32,100 bases of DNA from Klebsormidium nitens (GCA_000708835.1 DF237765.1:1-32100); one strand, 5' to 3'; shown: positions 20,601-31,191, counted from the stretch's first letter. Program-made: numbers and translations. The notes: generated from the letters alone by a model not told the origin.

Positions 20601-23600
20601 TCCCAGAAAGGGTCGTCGTCATTACGAAGGTCCCCCCACTCGCTCGATGTAGCAGACTGCCCCCCTTCCTCGGAGCCCGACTCGTCAGCTTCCGCTTCCG
20701 CTTCCGACAAGATCACCCGGCGACGACGCCGCTGACGGGGCTGCGACTCTCCACTCTGCTCGCTCTCTACGCGCTTGACCCGCTTGCGTGGCCCCCCCAA
20801 CTGAACGCCCGACTCGGTCTTTGACGGCCAGAGCTCTGCGTCCATCGCAGCGTACTCGCAGAAGGGGGGGCGGCCCAGTGCTTGAGGAGACTCGTTTCTA
20901 AAGGCACGGTCCTGTGAGGTCTCCTCGTCAGAGGACTCTTCCTCCCGGTTGAATTCCACGTCCTCAATGTCCTCTCCCTGGGAGTCTGCCTCGATGCTCC
21001 GACCGCCACTCTCCTGATAGGAATAGAAAGAAACGTATTGATCAGATCGAGCAACGGCTCACGTTTAAAATGGTGACAAGTCTTGTCCTATGATCGACCG
21101 TACCTTCAGATCGAGGTTTGTAAGCCCTTCCTCGTGGTAATACAAACGGACCAAAAGCGCCCGACTGAGGACTCAGTGGAAGGTCGTAGGTACAAACAAC
21201 GACGATTCGTGGCTGAATTCTAACGTAGACTGGGGCCGTTGTTGAAAGCCCGTGGCCGAAAACGACATACACGAGCTATCATTACAGAAATTTCGCATAA
21301 GAGCCCCGTAAAATGCAAAACGCTGAAGATTGGCGGGACATCGGGCGCCCTGTGGATCCACAAATGCAAGGAAAAACGGGCTCAAGGCAGCCCTCTATCT
21401 GATGGTCCACGTCGGCATCGGATCATATGGAGCTGTCGCTTCAGCTGCCAACTCAGAACATTAAGAAAACCTCCAGCCCTTGCGATATCTGACTTGAGAC
21501 TTCCAGCCTCCGAAATTGGCATCATCACGATTCTTTCTAAGCCTGTTCACATGGGCGTCCAAGATGTCCAAGATGTCCAAGCTTTTGCTCAAACTTTTTC
21601 GAACATTGATTTCATGACGTCATCACTACTCTCAGACCTATGGCCTGACCTTCGGATGGATGCCCGAGAAGGTCCGAGCTCTAACCCGAAGTACCCTGCT
21701 CTGTGAACTGCATTTTCACATTGTCGAATCACCGAATGTTGTGAACAGCACCATAAGAGATGCAAGAAAGCGCTCACCTCCATCCTCGCGTCCTCCACAT
21801 CCCAATCTCCTCTGCTCTCCACAGGCGTCGGGCGCGACTGCGACAAAGGCGGGAACGAGGCTGAGGCTGAATCACCCCGTCTGATGACGGCCCCGGGTTG
21901 CTCTCAACGCAACCAATCATCAAGAGGGTTGCTGCACGGATTGGAAAGACGACGATTAGGGCGCACTGCAATGCTCGATTCCCTCAGTGGACCCGGAACA
22001 GTAAGATCAAGCTGGACAAAGGGCTTCATTGTAGGGCGGAAAAACATCAGGCACTGCTCAGAGACGTGCCACGACTGACTTCCTAGGGCTTTCAGCGCCT
22101 CACCCAGCAGTGCATGGCTCATGGGCTTCCTGGAGGGCGGCGCCACCTTGAAGTTGGCCTCATCCCAAACTGCAGAAGCAAAAAGTGGCGCATTCAGCTG
22201 AAAGCTGCAAGACATTGCTGACGTCAGCAAATCGAGGACGGAAATACTTTGCGCAAAAGCTAGGACAGCTCGGACTGGCCCTGCCCAAGTCGACGCTGAC
22301 ACTTACAAAGAGATTGATGATGTCAGCAAACGGAATGACAGAGAACTTTTGCGCCAGAGCATGGACAGCTCGGACAGCTCGGACGGGCCCTGCTCGAGTC
22401 TGGCACTGCCAATTACAACGGACTGATGGACTGCTGACGTCAGCAAGCTGGACGAAGAGAATTTCGCCAGAGCTTGGACAATCTGGACAACACGGACAGC
22501 CCCTGGTCGACGCTGCGGATTGATGACGTCAGCAAACGGGTGACAAAAGAAACTTTGCGCCAGAACTTGGACAGCTCGGACACCTGCTGAAGCCCATGCT
22601 GTCAGCTTTAAGAGATTGATGATGTCAGCAATCGAAGGACGGAACTACTTTGCACCGGAGCTTGGACAGCTCGGACAGACCGTGACCCAATCGACACGAT
22701 CAACTACAGTGGCCTGATGACGTCAGCAAATCGGAGGGCGGAAATACTTTGCGCAAGAGCTTGGACAGCTTGGACACACCCTGACCCATCGATGCAATGA
22801 ACTACAAGGTCGTGATGACGACATCAAGTCGAAGGACGGAAATCCTTACGCCAGAGCTTGGACAGTTCGGACAACTCCGACAGGCCCTGCCTAAGCCTTA
22901 TGCTGTCAGTTACAAGGCTGATGATGTCAGCAATTCATGGACGAAAAAACCTTGCGCCACAGCTTGGACAGTTCGGACAGACCCTGACCCAATTCGAGCT
23001 TCAACTGCTGGTAAGAAACGACAGTACCATCGATTATGGTGAACGGGCTCACTCACCTGGCAGGCGGCAAGAGGATTTTGCTGGTTCCGCAGACGAGCTG
23101 GCCTTGTCCATCTTCCGCAGCTCCTCTTCGAGTCTCACCACCTCCGCTTTCAAACGGCGCTGCAATCGGTCCTGTACCCAGACTGCAAAAGGCAGGCGCA
23201 CTGATATGAGCTCCTGTGTGCTGACAAGCGGGCGTAGAAACCTTGACTGGTCAGTCGGGCCCAGCTGCATATGAATTCCTGCGCGCTTCATGCCGCTAGC
23301 AGAGGCCTCCCAAATCTCTCACCTGCACGGTCTTTGTCGATGCAGAAGCAGCCGTTGAAAGCGGAGTGCGCGCTGCAGAGGTATCTCGTTTCCCCCCCCT
23401 CCTTGCTTCCACGAAGCCCAAACTCCGCGGTGGCGCCGCATCGGTGGCAATGGAGACTGTGCGGATCTGGGAAGGATGTGGAGAAATTCAAGTTTCAGGT
23501 GCGAAGCTTGTGCAGTCTGAAAGCGCTGAAGCATTGCAAGCTGGGCTTGACCAGTCTGTCCAAGTGTCCAAGGTCTGCGGTAAGATTTTGAGGGCATCAA

Positions 23601-23893
23601 TCTGCTGACGTCATCCTACAGGCTTCCACATGATTGTTTGGCAAAAGCTGAGACAGGCAACTGGTGGGCACATAATGCTCTTGCTATATCGACAGCCCCG
23701 GATCCTATTCCCTCTATCAGTGAATCACAACGGAGAGTGTCCAAAGAAGTGTCCAAGGAGCGCGAGGTTTGCCCTTGGAACCCACTTCAAGTTCTTTATC
23801 CAACTCAGACTTGGGAGCAGCAACGTCGATTGCGCTTCAAAGAACGACAGACTGAAACTAGACACATAGCGAGCACTCACCTGCGCTATGCAT
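14681..23893 (-). CDS. Rep B: 12-exon gene, small Zn/coiled-coil leader - 2A-like peptide - acidic linker - Prim-Pol - UL52-type ZnF - D5_N - SF3 helicase (~1218 aa; two 1-nt deletions)
   Basis: Exons: 23893-23881, 23466-23323, 23182-23057, 22169-22104, 21931-21778, 21013-20498, 20165-20004, 19098-18479, 17966-17487, 16788-16383, 16065-15913, 15495-14681. All junctions are GT..AG. Phases match once 1 nt is restored at the C4 run 21875-21878 and at ~15970. Motifs: ILAVDVD, TTGNGGMHVLF, GIDVRGRGG; CPNGNHHDGSNNF..LYCCNSSEC; LNVKNGVLLLRTG; Walker A GAG|GNGKG, LAITDE, FVQTN, IRRL. Exons 8-12 are well supported by homology. Exons 1-7 rest on splice signals and phase only. Confidence 0.8.
17008..17340 (+). 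repeat. 132-bp tandem repeat x ~2.5 in Rep B intron 9
   Basis: TGACGTCA at 17008, 17140 and 17272 (period 132). Each full unit contains the dyad TTGGACACTTGGACGGACTG..AGTCCGTTGTCCAAATGTCCAAG. Confidence 0.95.
18116..18274. other. Assembly gap (N run) inside Rep B intron 8
   Basis: 159 Ns adjacent to TGGACA repeats (18298-18422). Confidence 0.95.
19231..19860. repeat. TGACGTCA/TGGACA modules in Rep B intron 7, including a 180-bp dyad 19368-19547
   Basis: TGACGTCAGCAAG (19368-19380) pairs with CTTGCTGACGTCA (19535-19547), enclosing TTGGACACGTGGACA and TGTCCAAGGTGTCCAAG. Further modules at ~19231, ~19687 and ~19846. Confidence 0.85.
21888..21931 (-). other. 2A/StopGo-like peptide TLLMIGCVESNPG|P
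   Basis: Codons ACC CTC TTG ATG ATT GGT TGC GTT GAG AGC AAC CCG GGG CCG directly after a CAG acceptor. Matches (D/G)(V/I)ExNPGP except for C at the D position. Confidence 0.65.
22219..22990 (+). repeat. Degenerate ~100-bp tandem array x8 in Rep B intron 3
   Basis: Units begin TGA(C/T)GTCAGCAA at ~22219, 22319, 22435, 22525, 22619, 22718, 22818 (degenerate) and 22921. Each is followed by TTTGCGCCAGAGCTTGGACAGCTCGGACA-like cores and related variable linkers. Confidence 0.9.
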
Positions 23894-25570
23894 GTTGATC
23901 GCTAAGCGTGCGCTGGGGCCAGACCCATCTCCAGAAAGGAATTGTTCAGCGCCTGCTGCGTGGATTGCGGCGCACTGCTTGTGAGGATCTTGACTCGTTG
24001 AAGTGCAGGATGAGCCACCCAGTGCTAATGTACACCGCGCCTGCAAGAATAAGCATGCACTAAGTCCAGAAGAAGATGTAACCTCTGATTGGCACTGATT
24101 ATGCTGGCATCACATGGTGCCAGGAATGCGATGCCTGCTCGAAACCATCTGCTTGACTTTGTGATGGGAGCTGACAGGGCCTCCGAAGCTGGATACTTAA
24201 CATGCCTCATGATGGTCTTTGTCTCAGAATCGCTGAGACCGGAAATTAATTGAATCCTTTGGATTGATCCTACCTGCTGCAACCTGACACCGCAATGGCT
24301 CTCAAAGCACACATACCACAACCGCTGAGGCACAGCCGCTTCTTCAGTTGCCAGCAATCAACACTTGAGGGACACCACAAATACAAGTCTATAAAGATGT
24401 TTTGTAGACGTAAAACCCCGGCAGCTTCAATAGCCACCGTTGCAGCTCAAAAGGTACCTCGTCAATGATGATTCATTCAGCAACAAGATTCAGCTTGAAA
24501 AAGGAATAGATGCAGATAGGTGCTCACCACAGAAAGTTGCGCTCCCTTGCCTCCAGCTCCCCGAATATCTGCTCAAGCCTGAGGTTCTGCAGATCGGTGT
24601 ATTCCCCCCTTGTGACTGCTGGAAAGAGCCCTCTGGAGCACCTTATATATGGTGCACCGCCGGAAGCCGCCGACAGTTGCCATCCCCTGCCAGCCAGCCT
24701 GGCAGATCTTTCTAAGCAAGCTGAGTCAGAAGATGCTCTGCTGACTCGGAAGATGGACAGCTGGCAGGGCTGCAAATAAGTGCCAGAGCCCGCCATTGCG
24801 TGCCGCAATGCGCCAATATGCCAGCAGGCTGCATAGGTGACAGCTTGCAGATTGCATGCAGAAGACAACCTGGCAATCCCCATTACTGAGGTACACTGCG
24901 AGAGAAGAGCCAAAACAGAAGAGTTGTCGTTGAGACACGCGCTACAGAAGAAACCTACAACCTGCTTCATGGCAGCCATTGCCGAGGAGTCTCGGAAGAA
25001 GCCAACCCCTGCAGTGGCTGGGCCTGGGCCTAGCTAGGTCACGGCTCTTGTTGCCCAGTCTCGTATGTCCTACGGTATATAGAAGGTTACGGGCCCCGAG
25101 GGAGCGTTCAGGGCCCCTATAGAGTGCCGCAGAGTCTAAGGATCGCCCGGGATAGGGTGAGTCCAAGCTCGAACAGCTTGCACCTTAGGGAGAATTTTGA
25201 GACCTGCCGTTTGTATGCAATGGGAGAATCGAGGCGTTTTTGCCCCTATGCTCTCTGTCCATGCGGTTGGCTGACAATTCTAAACAGAATCGGTCTTTGT
25301 AAACAGAAATCGGGTCTTCGGTTACCGATTCTCATTCAACACTTCACGTCCCATGCAACGCCTTCGTCGACTCTCATGAAAGGGGGTGGTCGGGAGCATA
25401 ACCCGGTCAGTTTTAAGCAGCCTTTGAACCCGCGGGCCGGTGTGGTTCCAAGGGGAAACCCCGTACCGAGGGGGCTGCCCACCTTCCTCCCTGCGGGGAA
25501 AGGATGGGGGGAAACAAGTTTTTGCCCCTACGTCACTGCTCGGTTGGAGCAAAATCGCCTGGCGCGGTGG

Positions 25571-26287
25571 GTATGTATTTCCTAATCTAACGAGGAGCCA
25601 AAAACTTTGTATACTCGAACTTCGCACTTTCCTCTTTATTTTTTGTAAGAGGAAACCCATTTGCGTTTGTAGTACAACTTTTCTGCATGAGAGAAGGCGG
25701 ATTAGCAATTACATTAATACCTTAAATGATTGCAATTGTGTATGTACGTATTTCCTATTCTGAGGACGAGCCAAAAACTTTGTATATTGAAACTTTGCAC
25801 TTTCCTCTCCTTTTTTTGTAAGAGGAAACCAATCTGCGTTTGTAGTACGACTTTGCCGAGAGAAGGCAGATTAGCAAAAACATACATACCTTATAAGCTT
25901 AGGGACTCGAGGCATGGGCCAACCTACCTAAGATAGTATAATTGACTGCAAGGACTTATGTATGTATGTATTTCATAATCTGAGATCGAAAGGTTTTGTG
26001 TACTAGAACTGTTCACTTTCCTAACTTTATTGTGAGGAGGAAAACCAGTTTACGTTTTAAGTACGACATTTTGGAGCAAGGAGAGAATAGCAAATACAAA
26101 CATATTGGTAAGGATATTATAATTGATAGAGGAGAGTAATGTATGTACGTATTTCCTGTTTTGCATGGAATCCAGAAAGTCTATATTGCAAGACTTTTCA
26201 ATTTCTACTTCTGTTTTTGTACAAGGAAAGAAGGATCGCGTTTGTAGTACGACCTTTCCGAGCCGGGCCAAATTAGAGAATACATAC
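25571..26287 (+). repeat. AT-rich ~170-190-bp repeat units x4 with inverted ends (GTATGTATTT..AATACATAC)
   Basis: Units start at ~25571, 25740, 25957 and 26141. Shared AAAACTTTGTATAC, TTTCCTC..TTTTTTGTAAGAGGAAA hairpin and GCGTTTGTAGTAC. Confidence 0.9.
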
Positions 26288-26578
26288 CACTGAAGTGGCT
26301 GCAATCTACTCAAAAGCAGTCTATCGCCAACATACTGACAACGCGGCATACGTGCGATGATGCACCATCACGAACGTCTGATCAGCTACAATCTTTAAAC
26401 GACAAGGGTGTTGTTGGCAATTGGCCACCAATATGACGATTCAAACTTACTTTGCTGCCGCCCCTTGAACATTGTCAAAACCGTTCAGCGTGCCCTTAAA
26501 GGGCGGCATGTTATACGAGTTCGCGCGTCAGCTCTGAAAAGGCTAGGTAGTTCGCTGCTATTCCGATTTGCTTTCGTG

Positions 26579-29500
26579 TCAAGACATGTAGCTCGGGAAT
26601 GACTGCAATTCTGGTGCTCTTAGAAGCCCTTCCTCCAAGTTTCCCCAGTACCGCATCATCAGCTCAAACTGCGGCAGGTTGAATAGCGGCTGCTCACGTT
26701 GCGTTTCCTTATAGATGCACTCGGTAAGGTCATCGTTGGAGGGATGAGGCGGCGAGATGTTGGACGATGTTCCGAGCAGCGGGTTTCTTGCGGGAGACTC
26801 AAGAGGTGCTACCGGATGATGGGGCTGAAGGTTGTCAAGGTCCTTCAGAAGATCGTCCACTGCGACAGAATAAGGGCTATGGTTCAAACCGAGAGGCACA
26901 TTGCATCGAGAGGTGACCAAACTTTGCCAATTGAGCTCGACATCCGTGAAGCCTAAGAGCACAGAAGTATTCTGGAAACAAAACACTTCGGAACTGCAAC
27001 CGCCCATGATAACGCCTGGGAAGCGCTGTCCGGGACTGATTTCATGTAGGTAGAAAGTTCCTTGTGTGGCTTTTAGCACATCTAGTGAACCACCAAGGTC
27101 CTGACAAATGCTAGAAGTTACATGAAACATGCATCCGAAGAAGCTAGCATCCGTCTTTGTCAAAGAAAAGCTTTTCTGGAACCTCAGCACCAGATAATCG
27201 CTGCTCGACCTCAAACTCCTTGAATCTGATAAGGGTTACTGTCTAATGAGAGGAGTGACTTACCCTTTCGTCGAGATGCAACTTCTGCCTTCTTGCACAC
27301 CCCCGCAAAGTACCGGAACGCTGCACTCTGGTTTGTAAACTGCACCTCCCTGACGACCGCTCTCCCATCGGAGTCCTGCGCGCCATGGAATACGTTCGAG
27401 TCCCCTATCAGGTTCGTGAGCATGACGGGCATGCCTACTCCCTTCCGCCGAGAGACGAGCGTGCACCCTACGAACTGGCCAAGAGCTTGGCCGCGGAACT
27501 CCTTATGGTTTTTCTTCCATGCTGCTTCAGTCTTGGTGTCGACAATGCCGGATGTCTGCAGTAGAATGCAGAGCAAGGGTCAACAGATTGCGAGGGTATT
27601 GTAGAACCGCAGAAACTAGTGAAAGCTCTTGTCTCTGTCTACGCCCAGACAGAAGCTCCTCGTTCCTTGACTTCAAGGGTGAACTCAAGGGTGATGAGTT
27701 CCGGAGGAGTATTAAAGAACCTCAAAACTAGTAGAGAATCTTGTCTCCGTTTATGCTTAGACAGAAGCCCCTCGTTCGTTGCACAGAAAATAAGGGATGT
27801 GCTCCTTTTTCAGTGTCGCTTCTGGTCAAACAGGGCCTACCGAAATGAACATTAGCAGACTCCAATACAAACCTCCACATGCGATATCTGAACGCTTCAG
27901 CTCACCTTATCCAAGACGTTCCTTGGATTCTCTTTCGCTTGTGCCTCGAATTCGTCCATGACAAGGGCCAAGTCCGTTTTTGTCTCCCGCAATTTCAGCC
28001 TTTTGGTAGGAGTTGCATCCACCTTGCTGAAGATGTTCAACTGGCAGACGTTCACTGCCTTGTACCCCTCCAGGTGCGCCGAGATATTCTCTTGGACAAA
28101 AGACTGAGCGGCGGTCATGTTTGCGCTGTCATCTTCGCGGACACCTGGCAATACAACATGTTATGATTCAGTTAAGAGACGTGGCTGACGTTTAGATCAA
28201 GCGAGCGGAGTTTTAAGGTCTGAACAAGCGCAAGATGAGACTTGCTTGAATCAAACGCACTGGCGTGGAGCAGCTTCAGCGCCTCTATGAATACTCAGCG
28301 GTTCCTCCAGCAAGGTTGCCCTAGCAACCAACAGGGAAACGCCCTCTGAAGATTTTGACGCTATCTGAACTGCAACAACCAGATGCCAAAGATACGGAAG
28401 AATGCCCACACTAAGATCAATGCAAACATGGACAAAAGCAAAAAGGTGCTTGCCTGCTTTCCAGTTGAAGACTCCGCTGTTGTCAGCATCTAAAGCAGGG
28501 TCCAAGTCCCCAATTATCGTCTCCAAACCCTGAAAGCCCATCCTGCCCAACGCCTCCATGGCGTCCTCCAGGTCAGACTTTGACCCTCCTATTGAAATCT
28601 CGTCTGGGAAGTCCACGTTGAATTCCTTCTTTGCAACCCGACGCACGATGGCTACATCACAAAAGTAGGAGGTAATTACAGAAAGTGTCAGCTCTTCTGT
28701 TTCTCTACCTCTTGGAACTACAACGGGTAGTCCAACAGATACCGCAGCTTAGATCCCACAAACCAACTAGTCTGCTCGGGTGCAAGAAGAGCCTTTTGCC
28801 GACCCTGCAACAAAGTGCCTGCAAGAGCTTATACGTAGTGCAAACTCCAAAAATTACCTGCAATGTCCTCTGGAAGCTGTAGTTGGATGACCGGCGGAGT
28901 AGCACCTGAAAGAATGACAGCTCACATTTCATCATGAGCCGCTAAAAGCCTCCCAGCAGTCCTAACAATGTGTGGCTCTAAAGCGATTGCTCGCTGCCTA
29001 AAGCAGTTTGCCCTGCTTAGACTGTACAATCGCCCTGCTTGAACAAGGAACAAGGATACTCAACCGCAGCATTTCCATGCTCCGAAAAAAGATAAGAGCA
29101 GATGGATATATCAGCGACATGAGCATTTTGAGCTGTTCGCAAACCAAAACCCTAAGAAAGTGGGGATGACTGGTTCCTTACAAACACACATGTTTCTTCC
29201 TTGTAATCAGCAATACTAAAACTGCGGTGCATGCTCGGCAAAGAAGCTAAAATGGAGAGAGGATTCTTCATTGTCAGACAAACTTCAGCAGATTCCTAAA
29301 AGGAAGGTGACCACGAAGCTTATGCTGACACGTTGACCAGGAAGGCTGTGCAACAAAGGGAATCCTAGCACCACCTCTGCAATCTACTTGCAGAGGTGCA
29401 CTGACCTGCTTGAAGCCCCTGGACCTGCGCCCCACTGCTGGTTTCACTGATGGCTGATAACTGAAGACCTGAAATGGAAATGGAGAGTAGCAGAGAGAGT

Positions 29501-30262
29501 CAGGATTTTTGCACAAACAGAGGCAGCAAGCAAATCAAAAGTGGATGTTGGAAATAGAGCACTCTAGCATGGCTTCGGTGACAGTCTCTCTGATCTACAC
29601 CTCTTCTGGCATGCTCTGCTTACACATGCGCAACCCCCAGCGTCACATCAGCAAACTGCTTCGAAGTCTGCTTTGCTAACACTTCCTCGGTATGCTGTAC
29701 ATGCTGCCTCTTGTCTGTTGAACACTCTGACCACTAATGAAAAAGCGCAATTTTTAATTCTGCTTACGTACTTGACGTAAGTGCCAGAGCAGCAAGAATA
29801 TTTGGATAAAACCTACCTAATATCTGGCCGCATAATCAGGACCTACAGTAATTCAGCTACCTGCTCCAGCGATGATGGCACAGCAAAGACCAACTTCCAT
29901 CATGAGAAGCACATTGGTAATGCTTCTCATAGACCATTCAACTGCAGGAAGGGGTATCCACAGCAAGAAACCCTGCCCAACTCCTATGATGCTGAGACTG
30001 CAAGCAGATGGTGCAATAGGATCGGTAGGCCCCTACCTGCAGGAGGGGTTATCCTCAGCAACAGCTCCCGCAGCTGGTTCTCCTTGTACTGCAGCCGCCC
30101 CTTCTCCTTGCGCAAGTCTTCCTCTCTCTTCAGCCAGATGCCCTCATGAGGACCACCTTTTCTCCACTCCGCTTCTGCATTGGCAATGGCCTGTTCGACT
30201 TGCTCGATCTTCGCTTCCACCCCCTCAATCTGCTGGTTGACTCGCTCGATCTTCTCCTCCAT
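26579..30262 (-). CDS. Crinkler/RHS-type (CR) protein: alpha-helical header + restriction-endonuclease-fold (CR-REase-like) domain, 6 exons, 458 aa, apparently intact
   Basis: Exons 30262-30037, 28905-28858, 28651-28454 (GC donor AG|GCAAG), 28144-27906, 27555-27264 and 26952-26579 are phase-consistent with no stops. Header REEDLRKEKGRLQYKENQLRELLL. REase-like FNWKAG|VRED, ETKTDLALV, VDTK..QALGQFVGCTLVS..PVMLTNL. The family assignment is from motif recall, not a search. Confidence 0.7.
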
Positions 30263-30793
30263 AGTGGCTGTTCTCGTTTTGTTGGTAGAGCAGACTGCCC
30301 CGACTCCACGGCACCTCTGCAGAGGGAGCCAGCGCTGTCCCTGCGCACCATCCAGCCGCCCTGAAAGTACTCCTTTATGTCTCCCACTATCTAACCCTTA
30401 ACCCTCGCGACGTTGAATGGCGATCAGGACCAAGTGGCCAAGCTTGCAATGGACAGGAGCCAGGCGGTCAGCTGGATGGCTATGGTCAGTCTTGTATGTT
30501 CCCGGCCTGTGCCAATTGGTTCAGGCCCCGGGCTCTTCGTTCCTTCCCCCGGGAGCGCTGGGTAGGGCCGCTGCAGCCTGGCTCGCGACCGGACAGTACA
30601 GACCGGGCCGGGGCAGCCCGGCCGGGCAAGAAAGTCCTGGGTCCTGGATATTGTACAGTAGGTCCCAACATACTGCCCAAATAGCTTGAGAGCGTCGAGA
30701 TCGATGCGCTCGAACTTTCGCAAGGTTCCGCAGCCGGCTGACGGACCCTCGATATAAAAGTTCATCGCGTCAATATCCTGAACTTAGAGACTA

Positions 30794-31189
30794 CAGCAGT
30801 TTCGGAGCAAGCTGCCCGGTTGCGATCGATAGATAGGGTCTATTTAGTCTAAATTTAGGCTAAACTTAGTCAAAGTTTACTTACGTGGCATGACTTCGTG
30901 ACGTCTGCACAGTAAAGCTGAAGTTGCGGCACGGTGAACACTTTTTGGTTAGGGTTTTTAGTTTGGTTGCTCAGGGTCTGCCAATCTTAGGGCACATTGC
31001 TGTTAGGGCACACTAGAGTTACACGGTACATATGCCCGGTGATTGGACGATGTGCATTTAAGAACTTAGAATTTGACGTGGAGGAAACTTTAATGACGTC
31101 AAAAGGATAGCCTAAACTTTGACTAGATTTAGTGTCTAAATAGACCCTATCTATCGGTCGCAACCGGGCAGCTTGCTCCGAAAATGCTG
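30794..31189. mobile_element. MITE (396 bp), 54-bp TIRs, TA target-site duplication, Tc1/mariner-like signature
   Basis: Left TIR CAGCAGTTTCGGAGCAAGCTGCCCGGTTGCGATCGATAGATAGGGTCTATTTAG matches the right end reverse complement with 2 mismatches. TA at 30792-30793 and 31190-31191. No ORF. An approximate empty site exists at ~189-212. Confidence 0.85.
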
Positions 31190-31191
31190 TA

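Noticed and set aside
22219-22990. CRISPR-like look (conserved core plus variable 25-55-nt linkers)
   Set aside because: The repeats are degenerate, the linkers are homologous to each other, there are no cas genes, and the array lies in a spliceosomal intron. It is a diverged tandem repeat.
17008-23611. TGACGTCA as a stand-alone CRE/bZIP promoter element
   Set aside because: It is always embedded at a fixed distance from TGGACA pairs within repeat units in introns. A host transcription-factor role cannot be supported from sequence alone.
14681-23893. Helitron, Replitron or Polinton assignment for the Rep genes
   Set aside because: No HUH motif, PIF1/SF1 helicase, pPolB or retroviral-type integrase is present. 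The helicase is SF3 with an AEP-superfamily Prim-Pol.
24025-24979. Possible minus-strand exons (e.g. VTRGEYTDLQNLRLEQIFGELEARERNFLW followed by GTGAGC)
   Set aside because: There is one plausible donor, but I could not build a phase-consistent model or recognise a domain.
27595-27780. ~110-bp imperfect tandem duplication (ACTAGT..CTTGTCTC..AGACAGAAGC..CTCGTT)
   Set aside because: It is a local duplication within an intron of the CR gene, with no link to other features.
29390-29465. Possible extra exon in the first intron of the CR gene
   Set aside because: Several weak acceptors and a GTCAGT donor are present, but the gene is already in phase without this exon.
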